From NCBI RefSeq assembly GCF_009834535.1, contig NC_045696.1:54190001-54254000 (forward strand): a stretch of DNA of 64,000 nt, written 5' to 3'. The DNA comes from Camelus ferus. Taxonomy: Eukaryota. Below the pieces are notes generated by a model, which was given only the letters and a program-made list of their open reading frames with translations, was not told the DNA's origin and did not search any database. Numbering within the stretch: the stretch's first letter is position 1; the number at the start of each line of letters is the position of its first letter. Shown here one piece after another: positions 37,028 through 49,480 of this stretch. Position numbers and translations under genes: made by a program.

Positions 37028-40000
37028 AAACAAAACAAAACATAAATACAAAACAGAAACAGACTCATAGACATAGAATACAAACTTGTGGTTGCCAAGG
37101 GGGCAGGGGGTGGGAAGGGACAGACTGGGATTTTAAAATGCAGAACAGATAAACAAGATTATACTGTATAGCACAGGGAAATATAAACAAGATCTTGTGG
37201 TAGCTCATAGCGAAAAAAATGTGACAATGAGTATATATATGTTCATATATAACTGAAAAATTGTGCTCTACACTAGAATTTGACACAACATTGTAAAATG
37301 ACTATTACTCAATAAAAAAAGTTAAAAAAAATTTTTTTAAAAAAAGAGACCCTAAAAACAACAACAAAAATGTCCACAGAGTAAAGTACAGTTAAGAAAA
37401 ATGTCACTAGGTTTAAAGAAATCCATGGCTGTGGATTATTTGGTAAGAACTTCTTTTGCCAAGCAGCCTGAGGAAAGAATTGTAGGACTGTATTTTCCAA
37501 CGTTGATGGCGACTTTGCACAAGTTAGAAAAACTCCAAACCATCACGTAACACGCAAGCCTTCCTTACACTCAACACTGGCATCTATACAAAGGGGCCAC
37601 TGTGGTCATTTGGGTTTCAGTGGGCAAGGTCTTTGGTGCCACTACTTTGTCAAGTGAGGTGGAGGGCTTTTTGTTTGTTGAAAAACCCTTAATTATGCAA
37701 AATGTTAACTTTTATCAAAAGTCCTGGGGTTCCAACACTACTAGTGAGTGAAGACTTCTGGGTAAGTTGAGTCGGGAGGCCCCAACATGGTAGAGAGAGG
37801 AAAACAGCGGGGCCAACCAGACACTTGCCATTAGGGAAGACTATGAGTGCGGAAGTCAGAAGTTGACATCATTGAGCTCCTTTAGTGAAAGTGCAGCACA
37901 GGAAGGTACGAGGGACCCTGAAATGTCATCTTAGTTGAAGTTCCACTAGTAGTCCTGGTGACTTGGGGACACAGACTCCATGGAAGGGGCTCTGGGTGTG
38001 GCTTGGACACCCTGCCTCTAAAGCACCCTTATCCTTAACTCCACACTGTTATTTACTGGCGAAGCAGCAGTGGGGCCCCATCCCTGTGGCAGATAAGCCA
38101 GCCCACCCCAAAGAGAGATGGAAGCCAGCTTCTCCAGCCAGGGCTCATCCCCAAGCACTCTCTGGGGTCAGAACAGTCTTCATCTGGGCCCTTGCCTCCA
38201 ACTGCTGGCTCTTCTCCTCACATTTTTCTCTTTGGGGTCAGCCTCACACCAGGAGAACCCTATAGCATAATGGCTGTCAGAAATGGTACCCTAAGCCTGA
38301 CCTACCTGGCTATGTGGTCTGACAAGCTGTCTGTGTGCCTCTATCTACTTCAAAGTTATGGCCAATTACAAAGAGTGCCAGAGAGAAACAGAAACACTTT
38401 CAATTTGGATAAAGGCTTAGAAAATTGCAACCTGAGAAATCCATCAAAATAGACATTGTCAATGGCACAGATAAAATATATATATATATATATGGATGAA
38501 TAAATAGGTGAATTGCACCAACAGTTATAGATATATGCCAGCTGCCCCCACTAATGAAAGCACTGTGTATACAGAGATCTAAGCGTCATTAGCAGTATTT
38601 ATGAATCCATCACATGTCCAAGTTTTTACTTTGCAGATCCACTAAAATAAGAAGAGTAAGAGAGACATGCTGAGACTCCATGCTGCTTGAAGAAAAAAAA
38701 AAATCCTCATTTATATTCCTAAGCCCTTTGCCATGAATTGCTGATGTCCCCAAACAAAAAGAAAGCTCGTGGTTTCTGTTCTGGTAGATTAAAAAGTCCT
38801 TTAGTTTAACAGCGAAGCATCTGTCTACCTTGTTATACATATGGCATCTAATCAGAATGCAGGATGCTAGGGCAGAAGGGAGTGAGGGAAGTGAAAATTT
38901 GGGGGTGGGAAACTAAGGGAAGTATTAAAAATAAGATTGGGGGATGAATTAAGGCAAGGAATTTTATAAAAGAAAAAGCAAGCATAGGAAATGAGAATAG
39001 GGAGGTAAGCACAGGATAACGTCAGGAAAAGGAACCAAGAAGGAGAGGGGAAAATGCATTAAAGTGAAATAAAGTTGCATGAACACAGGGAAAGAGAAAG
39101 ATGGCCCGGCAGCAGATGGAAGGCAGCTGGGTAGAAGGAGAAAGGTTCTGATCGATGGTGCAGTCTGCAGGAGCTCAGTTCTGGGGTTGTGAGGATCTTT
39201 ACAATGGACTGCACTCTGCTCTCGGGGGTTAGGATCCTGGCAGAACCACTGGATTGAATCATGACTCTCAATTGATCACTTCATGTCAGCCATTTTTGCT
39301 TCTAGGGTCATTGCCACCCAGAACCCCTCACTAAAGAGGCTATTCTGTCTTGAGAAACTTGGTGATATTCATTATTTTTTTAAAGAGTATATTAAATCTT
39401 GGACAGCCTCTGTTGACATTGCTCAAGGTGAGAAATGCCTTAGATATCAATAGCTGCTTTGGGATACCCTATGGTTAAAAAAATTATAAAGTGGAAAAGA
39501 GGAAGCATGCTAGACTTGAGCCTCCATTTCTCTGAGAGCGAAACGAAGTCATAGGTTAAGAATTCTGTAGATGTTGGTTTCTCCAGTTGACGTCTACTTG
39601 CCTAGTTATCTCTGGCTCTTAAATAGCTCGTCTTTGATTGTACAACACACAGTTTCCTATCAGATGAAGGTCTTTGGCGTGGAGTGACAGGCAACTACTC
39701 CAAGTATGGTGCACAAGTCTTCATGCCTACAGATCGGATCATAATGCAACCAGAGCAGTGGGAGACAAGACTGTCTTTCAAATAAGACTCTTTCTCAGAG
39801 CAGAAGCTCTGCCTTCTCTCCCCATAAATATATATGAATATATATTTTTTCAGCCTGAGTAGGAGGAGTTGGCTACAGCCCAATGGTGCGGATTATTCAC
39901 CAATTTCAATTATCTGCACTAATGCTCCCCTTCACTGGTGAAGATAATTGAGAGTTGAATGTATTTACCAGGATGGGGCTGGAAAGTTGAAACAATTTTA

Positions 40001-40769
40001 CAGGGGTGGTGCAGAAATGAAAAGGCAGAAAAAGCACTGGTCTAGACAATGTGTTTTGAAAACATATTTCACATAAGTCTGGAAAGATTGCTAGGTCCTG
40101 AGGAGAGGATGGGCATTTCAGAAGTGCTATTAGGTTTCAGGAGATTCTGGAGGAGTTACTGAACTTTTTGTATTTTAAGTGAGGATAAGGGTATTATCTC
40201 TGAATCCAATTCCTGTCTTCTTGTATTTCCAAACACACTCCAGTCTTCATCCTGCTGGAGTGCATTGCTCCCACGAGCAATCCAGCATCCCAGCGGAAAG
40301 TGGCCGACCTAAATGTAGTTCTCCAAAGACAAGAATTTTATTCTGGGTATTTTATGATGACCCAGATATGGTAAAATAGAAAAAAGAGAGACTGTATCAC
40401 CGTGGGTCCCATAATGTCTATTTCAAAGCTTCCTAACCTAATATCTACTTATAGAGTTATTATTTTTAGGTCCTGCCTCTGCGTCTACGAGAAGTAATGA
40501 CCACAGGGTGGCATACATGTCTGGCTTTTTACATTAACTGTCTAAAAAAGAAGGCCAAAGTTTTGCTTCTTTTGTTTGTTTGTTTGTTTTTAAAGTACAC
40601 AAATGTCATCTCTTTTCAAAAATATCGAAATCATTGGGTTTATAACTTCTTGAAATAGTTAGTTTGGTGACACAAAGACAAATCTAAACAAGCATGAACA
40701 TACCAAAATTACAACACCTGATTTGCAGCAGGACAGTTTGCCACTGCTGGTGGTCATAATAATGTAACA

Positions 40770-41140
40770 CACCACACGCCTTTCCCCCTCGGAGGCTTTG
40801 CAGGTACTCTGGGTGCCTTTACACTGCCTACGGTTGGCTCCTTCTCATCCCTCTGGTTCTCAGCTTTAAGGTCACTTCCTCTGTGAGCCCTTCCTTGATT
40901 CCCTTGCCATAAGGACATCACTTTCTCCCTTAGAATTCTCTTTGTTCTTTATAGTATTTACCACTGTTTCTAATGACTTTATTTATTTGTTGGTTTAAAA
41001 TGGGTCCTGTCTTCACAACTACACTGTAAAGTCCTTAAATCAGAGACATGTTTCTTATGTTCCCTCTTTCATTGCTAATGCTAGCAATGAGCCTGGCCTG
41101 GAACACAGCAGATGCACAGATAATGTTCATTTAAATTAAC
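40770..41140 (+). mobile_element. L2 LINE 3' fragment
   Basis: GGCTTTGCAGGTACT...GTCACTTCCTCTGTGAGCCCTTCCTTGA...ACTACACTGTAAAGTCC...CCTGGAACACAGCAGATGCAC. Confidence 0.65.
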
Positions 41141-41309
41141 CCTCCAAGGAAGGATGCCTGGGCTGTCCATGTGATGTGCATCTCTTGTTTCATCAATATA
41201 TCACTCTGAATTCCTTCAGTCAATAATTACATTTCACTGAGTTCTTAGGAAAGGGAAAACTCTTCACTTCCATACACATTGAAATATTTTTTCCTCTAGT
41301 ATGACTGCT

Positions 41310-41532
41310 AATAATAATGAAAGCTGCTGAGAGGTGACTCTTTCGTGCAAGCAGTCATTTATTTACTGCTCATAACTAATCTATAAAGAAGTATTTTTAT
41401 TACCCTACTGTACATGTAAGGACCTGAGACTTAGTGAGGTTAATGAATTTGCCTGTATCAGTTATTAAAAAAAGATAAGAGAGAATTTTAACTCAAGCCT
41501 ATCTGATGTCAAAACTCATTCTTTCAACCATG
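41310..41532. mobile_element. MIR SINE
   Basis: TACATGTAAGGACCTGAGACTTAGTGAGGTTAATGAATTTGCC...AACTCAAGCCTATCTGATGTCAAA. Confidence 0.65.
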
Positions 41533-43848
41533 GCTATTTATAGCAAATCAAAAAATCAGCACTGAAACCATTTAAGAATATATATCATATATATTTATCC
41601 TGCCTCCAGATGTAAATTATTATTATACAAAAAGGGGAAAAGGGCATTCCTTTTCTCATCCACCCCACCTAAACACATATTTATTCATATATATATATAA
41701 TTCTTATTCATATGAGTTAAGAAATATTTCTCTTTAGGTTATATACACTTACTCACATATATATTTTTTATTCTCGTAGAAACTAGAATCTCGTGGAATC
41801 TGCTTTATAGGATCCACAGAATCCTAGGAACTTTTAATTAAGTAAGTAATTAAAACATTAAATAAACCTAACTGAATGCTAGCCTGTTCACTGGCCCTGA
41901 GAAGAATATCAAGACATTTTTCTTGGACACTAGGTTTCCACCGGGCTTACTGATCAAAAAACCCTGCATCTCAAAATGTTATTTTTATTAGCATGATTGG
42001 ATCTTATGGTGCATTTCCCTGCAACTTCATTTGCTGAGCAATATAAAAACTTTGACAAGTTAAATTATATTTCCCCACCTAGAATACAGAAATTGAAATA
42101 TTTACTGGCCATCGAACTCTCAGAAATTAAATGAGTGCTCATGTCCTGAATTTCTTTCTATGGTGTCTCATGCAGAGCACGCAATAAATTGTACACACGG
42201 AGGCAGTGGAAGTGTTTGCTGAATGGTATTTCCGTAAGGAGGGACTCATGTCATAGTAGGATTCCACTGTAAGCCTATTTCAAGACTGAAAATATTTGCC
42301 CTGTCTAATCAACCAAAGGACTGCAGATGATTTTTTTTTTTTATCAACACCTACTTCTACTAGGAGGCACCTCTATCATTCGGATTTATCTCAGCAAGCA
42401 AGATAAATGAAGATTTGACAAATTACATATGGTGAAATCAAACCAAATAGCCCATCAGAATAATACAGTCTGAAAATTCCCTTCTGCACAATAGTCTTTA
42501 TCTTTACCTAAATTACCAGCAATTTCACATTTTGGATGACTGCAAGAAACAGTTTGAAAACTGTCCTAGTGTTCAAATTAAGTGTCAGTACAGTCATTGT
42601 AATCATTATGTCTATTCTGAAAGTGGTTTTGCAAATATTCTTATCAAAAATAAAATACATTATAATAACAACAAAAAACCCAAATATACTATTTAAAAAT
42701 ATTCTCAATAGCAATGCATGTGTGCATTTTTTAACTATTAGAGAATGGCACTTAATCCTTACCTAAATGGTTACTATTGCTTATCGAAAGGCACATGAGT
42801 TAACTGTGAAACGATTATGATTAATACAGTGATCTTAAGCAATGGCTTAAACCTTCCCAGAGAAGTAGTTTTTAAAGACTAATTAATTTATTTCTCACTC
42901 ATATTTGCCAAGAAAACAAAAATCCAAAATCTTTTTTGTTTGGGAGATATTGCAATTAACTAGAAGATAAACTCTTTCCTAAGTTAGAAATAATTGTGTT
43001 TCAGAGATTTTAGAAAAGTGTAAGCTAAAAAAAAAAAAAAATCAAAATGCATATATAGGATGCCAGTGAGCTACTGAATATTAAAATACATTTTACCTTG
43101 CACTAAAAAAGAAAAAAAGGCATTACTTGTATGACACAACTGTTTTAAACTTTATTGCTTTTTACCTAACAGTTTTTTTCTGTTTGTGTTTCAACACTGA
43201 GTCAGCCCTCTCTCTACATTTCAATGATGAGACCATTTGCAATTGAAATATTTTTATGCCTATGAATCAGAAGGCACAGCTACTGAAAAAAATAGATTGT
43301 CCTAGAAAGAAATAAAGCAGTATTTGCTGAAAACATGCTGGTAGTTAGTGTTTTCCTTTGTTGCTAGATTATATCACCCTTAAGAGAGAAGATAAATATT
43401 ATGTACTCATTCATTTAACATTTTGAAGCACCTACTTTGCTCCAGGCTCAGTGCTCAATCTGGGAATTTCATTTTGCTAATGCTCACCTTAATCAAAAAA
43501 AAAAAAAAAAAAAGAACAAAAGAACAAAGAAAAAGAAAGAAAGCTCTGAAAGTAGAGCTAAAATGAATTATTTGAGGACAAACATATTTCTAACTTCAGA
43601 ATCTCTATCTTTCTTTTGAAATGTCCAAAGCGAATGGTATATTGATTTTTGCCGTATACCCTGCACTTTCCACTGATTGGTATCAAGGTTGTGAAGGCAT
43701 CTGTTAAGTGAGCTCAAAATTCTCTCTTACGTGTAAACAAAATCCACAGTTTTAATCAAATTTAATGTACTCTGGCCTATATGTGTCTTGTGAAAGTCAC
43801 AGTGGCCTATGGAACAGAATTGAAAGCACACGTTATAAAAACCCTCAC

Positions 43849-43912
43849 CTTTCAGATCTCTTGAAAGCAGAGATTGTCAGAGGTATTGTCTAGACGTTCT
43901 TTTAAGTCACCT
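43849..43912 (-). ncRNA. Candidate 64-nt minus-strand exon (non-coding)
   Basis: Minus strand ttccctttgcctttattgcctcctcag|AGGTGAC...CTGAAAG|gtgagg; stops in all frames. Confidence 0.3.
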
Positions 43913-44084
43913 CTGAGGAGGCAATAAAGGCAAAGGGAATGAGATTTGCATTTCAGAGCTGGAACCAACATCCCCCTTACAGATACATGATGAATTACAA
44001 TACATCTATATCTGAAGGACAGTGAGAGCGTGTGGCACAAGAGTTCGTTTCTTACGGTAAAGAGCAAGGATTTCAGGTACTCAC

Positions 44085-44191
44085 ATCTCAAGGTCCCATC
44101 TCAGAAGGCTTCCAGCAAGGAAGTGAAATGCTACTCGCATACTGATGAATTCTCCTTGTCCAAAAATGAACTAGCCCTACCCCAAGCAAAC
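44085..44191 (-). ncRNA. Candidate 107-nt minus-strand exon (non-coding)
   Basis: Minus strand tctccctgagtgtccttaacaacag|GTTTGC...TGAGAT|gtgagt; stops in all frames. Confidence 0.3.
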
Positions 44192-45175
44192 CTGTTGTTA
44201 AGGACACTCAGGGAGAATCACATCTGTGTGCTCCCCAAATTCAGGGAGTGCTAAGGTGATGTGCGGTTTTATTGAATAACCTTTATTAGTAAATTTAATA
44301 CTAGGAAGAAAACATTTCAGTGTAATTACTTTTAGTCCATTTATTAAAAAATAAGATGATGTAATTAGTATATATCACAAACTTTCCCTAAAATTTCTAC
44401 TAACAAAAATGTCTATTGACATATACAGGAAAACAGCCGAATACTGTCAACAGGATTATATAGAGAGAATTGATAAAAAGAATATTAAGTATTCATGTAA
44501 GGGAAAGGAATTTTGGAGTTAGTCCAAGAATGATGGGAATATGGCATAGAATCGGGGCAAAGATAAGCTTTCTGTGTTAATTTTTTATGTAACCCAAGGC
44601 AAGACATGAACACTCACACTGGCCTCAGATTTCTTATCTGTTAAACTTGGATGATAATCTAACTGCTCAATGGTTACCACAAGTAGCAGTTTGTTAATGC
44701 ATAATTATTTTTTATGATAATATTTTCTGCTAGTGACACAAACTTTTAAGTTCCTTAAAATATATATTTTTATTAATTGCTAAGCAAACTCTCTGACCTA
44801 GTGAGTACATTAAAGAACAATGTTCCCATAGTACCTAGAAATAGCTCACTAGCCACTTGGTACTCGAAGAAGAGCAGGCTAGACACCAAGTGGGCTGCCC
44901 TAACATCACTTCAGAGCACAGCTATTAAGCTGTCATGATAACCTCTTATTGGGGCAGGAGAATAACATGGGAAACTGCACAAATGCTTCCTCCCATTATC
45001 AAAAGGTACACAATGGCCATATCTTTATAAATCTGCTAAGGATCTTACTACTTTTGGTATAAGTAACAGCTTATGGTATACTGCTCCCACTTTTCCACAC
45101 ACATTCCCTGTTGGAATGTAACCTTTTGCAAATTCTTTAAGGAGATCTGAATTTATCTGTTCACTTCTATACAAC

Positions 45176-45247
45176 CGTATGTGTATGTGTGTGTGTGTGT
45201 GTATATATATATATTTGTACATGTATAAGTATATATAAATATATATC
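45176..45247. repeat. (TG)n/(TA)n compound microsatellite
   Basis: Directly visible. Confidence 0.85.
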
Positions 45248-45905
45248 CACAGTGAACACATTTGGCTTAATTATCTGCCTGTCTCATTTTCAGGTCCTTG
45301 AGAGCACAGATTATACATTTTTCAATTATCCAAACCCAGAGCCTAGCACTAAGATATAGATAGATACTTATATCTATATCTTATATATAGTATGTGCATA
45401 ACAAATATTTCTATGATTGAATTCTGTATTTTGAATCACTACATAATCATTGATTATTTGCAGAGAGGTCTGCATACACAGTGAGGATGCAGTGAGCACC
45501 TTCCAGCACCAAACTTGAGGTATGGGCGGTAGTGCTACGTCCACAGCAGTCAGATGCACTGAGTTCTTAGCTGAAGGAAGTCAATGCTCACTTTACCACT
45601 CTGCCTGATCAAACAGCATTTGTAAAGTCTGACCCTGAGCTCTCCTTGACTTTCATTTCGAGTGAAATAAAGCACTTTGTTCAAGTTTTTATAGGATGAT
45701 TTTCATTTCTGAGATGCAGATACAGAGACATACTCACTCTGTAAGACACAGTTATTGACAAGATTTCCCAACAAGACCAAGCAGACTAATAGGATGATAC
45801 CCGTGTGATTGTCCTCCCTTTCCAAGCCCACCTCCATCCAAAGACCACAGATACGAGGACTAAGCAGACGGAGGGAAAGGGCTGATAAATTGCAGAGCAT
45901 GTATA

Positions 45906-45999
45906 CCTGGTCCTCCATTTCTGAGGGCTCTGCCTCTGCAGATCCAACCATCCATGGATGACCTAAGGATGCAGAACCCGTAGATATGGAGGGCCAATG
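45906..45999. mobile_element. Short palindromic Tigger/MER2-like MITE relic
   Basis: Left arm TGGTCCTCCATTTCTGAGGGCTCTGCCTC; right-arm reverse complement TGGCCCTCCATATCTACGGGTTCTGCATC. Confidence 0.6.
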
Positions 46000-48358
46000 A
46001 GGAGGGAATCAGCTGCTCCCCTGGTCAGAGGCATGTTATCCCAGACTAAAAAGTCAAGGAGCTTTTATAAATTAAAACACAACAAAACAAAAATAAACCT
46101 CATGTATGCCTTTGAAGAGTAAAGAGGTTAGGAGCTGTGTCTCCTACTTCTTTTTAATTTTTAACTCTGTCTAATACAACTCTTAAATCAGTAAGTGATT
46201 GAGAGTCACTCTGGTTATAATGAAGTGCATTTTTTCCTGGTCTCTACTCACGCTGTCTGACTCTATTTACACTACAGTGACTTGTGTTAAGGTCCAAGGA
46301 AAAATGCTAAATTCTTCAGTGTATTTGTCTGCACACTGGGCTCTTTCATCATTGGCTGACACATGCTCCTGCCTATGACATTATTATTTGGTATGAGTCT
46401 ACCATTCATTTCTTCTACAGTGCAATACAGTATATAGGGGAAAATGTTAGGACTTAATATACATGTGTTTTATAAGCTTGTTTGTTTTCCCTTACAAAAA
46501 CTACCAACCCTCTATGTTCTGGTTCACATACAAAGAGCTTCTTTTCTTTAAATAAGTAGTGTGGCTCACATTTATATTCCACACTCGACCACACTTATTA
46601 AGGACCGATATGCCTGGTCTGGTGCTAGTCACTAGGGATAAAAGATGTCAAGAAAATTTATGTGCTTTCAAGGAGTTTACATTTCATAAAACTTCACTAC
46701 ATTCTTAAAATGGGTTCCAGAGGTTCCAAGGCCTAATCTAAGAACAGGAGTTCAGAAAGGACAAAGACATGAGGGAGGAAGTCCTGACTCCACTCACATT
46801 TAAAAGGCAAGGACCATTTCAACCAATTCATTAAGGAAAGAAAATATTAACAGTTTTAAAAACACTGCAACTTTCCCCCTTTTTGTCGAGCTCTGTTTTT
46901 GTGGAGGGACTAGCAAGGCAAACTGCTTGAGAAATGGCAGGACTGGAAGAAGTTTGAAAACTTCCCTTTTTCTTGGGGGGCTTTAGGAATTCAGAAAGAG
47001 GGGTTGGGTGGTAAAGAAATGGTTAAATGCCAAGGATTCTATAACATGGGGAAAAAAGAGTGCAGGTGGCCACCTTGGGGGAAAAATGTGGTCTCTGTCT
47101 GGGATATACCATGTCCATGAAAAGAACACCTACCAAGCAGAATTGCTAGGAACAAACAAAAATTAATAATTGACTAAATTCATCACATACCTCCTCATAT
47201 AGCTGAAGCACTGGGATGCTCAGTGCTTACATGTGTGTGATATCATTTAATCTTACAATGGCCATATGACAGAAATTAACACTATTACCATTTTTGTAAA
47301 TAGGAAAATTGTGGCTTATCTTGGCAATTAGTTATTTGGGATTCATCTTCATATGATTCTAAAGCACTTGTTTGTGGGTTTTTACTGTGGTTATTGTTTG
47401 TTTTTACCCATTTGGTGATTTAGAAGCCACTTTCTGATATCCTAAAGAATAAGCCTGGCATTCAACACATTCTGTAGATGCCTGGAAAATTCAATATACT
47501 CGCACATTCTCTGGAATGACAAGATAGTGACAGTTACCACCTTGTGAGTTGCCTGAACTTGGTAACTATCTTCAGAGAGATAACCAAATTTCACACCGCC
47601 ACCAAAGGCAGAACACCATGCCGACATTAAGGGTCCAATATCTGCTGAGGTACACAGTAAATCCAGAGTGACAAAAAGCTGTTCTTGTGGAAGAAAAACA
47701 AACAATTTGAACGGGCCTCATAAAATGCGAAAATAAAAGAGGGCTTTTTTTTTCAAAGGAACTTTCTTTCAACCTAGTACACACAGGAGGGCGATTCATC
47801 CTCATATGGAACCAGGGAGAATGCAAACTTCCCCTTCCGCTGTAACTAGTCCGACATCTACCTACAAAGAGCTCACGACCCCCCTGGCTTTGCCAGGCTG
47901 TTAGCAGAGGAGTTTCTCAAGGCTGACTGCAATCACTAGGTCCCACAGTGCCACTAAAGGGAGGCTTTCTTCTGTGCTTGTGCAAGCTGCTCCCCAGGGC
48001 CTCTGAGAAAGCAAGCGCAGGGCTCAAAGCCCCAAGGTCTGAAAGGGAGTTTCATCTTTTGGCTCAGCATGTTAGCTGAAAAATGATAGCCCCTCCTCTC
48101 TTCTATTACTCCCATGAAGCTATTAAGCTCAAGTCGCCAGAAGAAGACGTATTTGTATCCTCTGTCATACTCTGTGAATTTTAAATGAGTGATTGGATGG
48201 TCTCCTCAATGTCCTTCCTGATATCAGCCTACTTAAGAGAATCACGGAGACTGAAACCTGGAGCTCAGGATTTGCAACTCGGCTGGGCTAGGATGCCTTT
48301 ACAGGGGTCTACTTGTAAGAAAACATAGTACACATTTGCAGAATTTCAAGATGAGAAA

Positions 48359-48447
48359 GTCTACAGACGTATCATCTGAACATGCCTGGCCTCATCCTAT
48401 CTCAGAAGCTAAGCAGCTTTGGGCTTGGTTAGTACTTGGGTGGGAGA
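48359..48447 (+). pseudogene. 3'-truncated (tailless) 5S rRNA retropseudogene
   Basis: GTCTACAGACGTATCATCTGAACATGCCTGGCCTCATCCTATCTCAGAAGCTAAGCAGCTTTGGGCTTGGTTAGTACTTGGGTGGGAGA aligns to about nt 1-90 of mammalian 5S rRNA. Confidence 0.9.
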
Positions 48448-48449
48448 AA

Positions 48450-49480
48450 GAATTTTTTCATAACACCACCAAGGTCAGAAAACATGGGGGGAAAATAGAA
48501 AAGAGTAACAGATTTAATTATATAAATTTATAATCTTTCATAAGAAAGTAAGGTACATTTAATAAACTGGAAAGAGCTGTTATAAGACTAGAAGAAAAAT
48601 ATGTCAAAAGAAAATTTCATTGTCAAGAAACAGAAATTAGAATAAAGTTACCATTGTATCAATTAAATTAATAAAGACAAAAGCTAACAGTTTTCCTTAT
48701 GTTGGTGAGGGTGTTGCCAGAATTGTCAGTTGGTTCAAATTCTTTGAGGCAGATGTGGCAATCCTTATCAAAAGTTATAACAATAGGTGTAACAATTAGA
48801 TAGCTCAATTTCTATTTCTAAGGATTTATAATAAAGAAGCAGTTAAAATGTTCACAAAGAATTAGTTGTGGAAATGTTCATTCGAGTTTTATCTATAATT
48901 TGGTGGAGGGGGGGTGCTCAACCTAAATGTCAAACAATAGGGGGTTGATTACATTTTATAGAAATCCTTACAACAGGATTCTTGCCAGCTGTTAAAAGTA
49001 GTGCCACATTTGAGATTAATAAGTACACACTACTAAACATAAAACAGATAAACACAGACCGACTGTATAGCACAAGAAACTATATTCAATAGCATGCAAT
49101 AACATATAATGGAAGTGAATCTGAAAAAAAAATATATATGTCTGAATCACTGTTGTACACTTGAAACTAACATTGTAAATCAACTACACTTAATAAATAA
49201 ATAAATAAGTGTGCTATGGAAGTATAGCTATTCACATATAATTATATTATGTTGATAACATAATATTAAATTGAAAAATTGCCTTGCAAAATTATGTATA
49301 CAGTAATTTACCATAGCTTGTGAATATATACAAAACATGTAAGAATACACATCATAATTTTCACGCTAGTTGTCTCTGGGTAGTACAATCACACTCAATT
49401 TTAAGGGAGCGCCTCTTTGTGCTCATATGCACTTTCCAATGTGTCTGTAATAAGTATGTATTACTTATGTTAAAAAAAAG
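48450..49480 (+). mobile_element. Ancient L1M(E)-like 3' fragment hosting younger insertions
   Basis: Decayed ORF2-end motifs (GTTGGTGAGGGTGT, TGTGGCAAT, CAATTTCTATTTCTAAGGATTTAT, AATGTTCATT, AACCTAAATGTCAAACAATAGGGG) and a 3'UTR-like TAGTTGTCTCTGGG. Confidence 0.65.
49008..49208 (+). mobile_element. 5'-truncated L1 3'-end insertion
   Basis: ACACTACTAAACATAAAACAGATAAAC...ACTGTATAGCACAAGAAACTATATTCAAT...CATTGTAAATCAACTACACTT followed by a (TAAA)n tail. Confidence 0.85.

Larger units (their letters stand above)
34299..37342 (+). mobile_element. LINE-1 with intact ends, ORF1 and a large internal ORF2 deletion (3.0 kb)
   Basis: TSD AAAGAGACCTTAAA (34285-34298) / AAAGAGACCCTAAA (37343-37356), GC/CpG-rich 5'UTR, ORF1 homology, ORF2 C-terminus, 3'UTR with G-rich tract, AATAAA and A tail. 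Confidence 0.95.

Noticed and set aside
40498..47966. CTCF-like motifs (TGACCACAGGGTGGCA at ~40498; TGCCACTAAAGGGAGG at ~47949)
   Set aside because: Each has mismatches at core positions and cannot be distinguished from background without a PWM scan and ChIP data.
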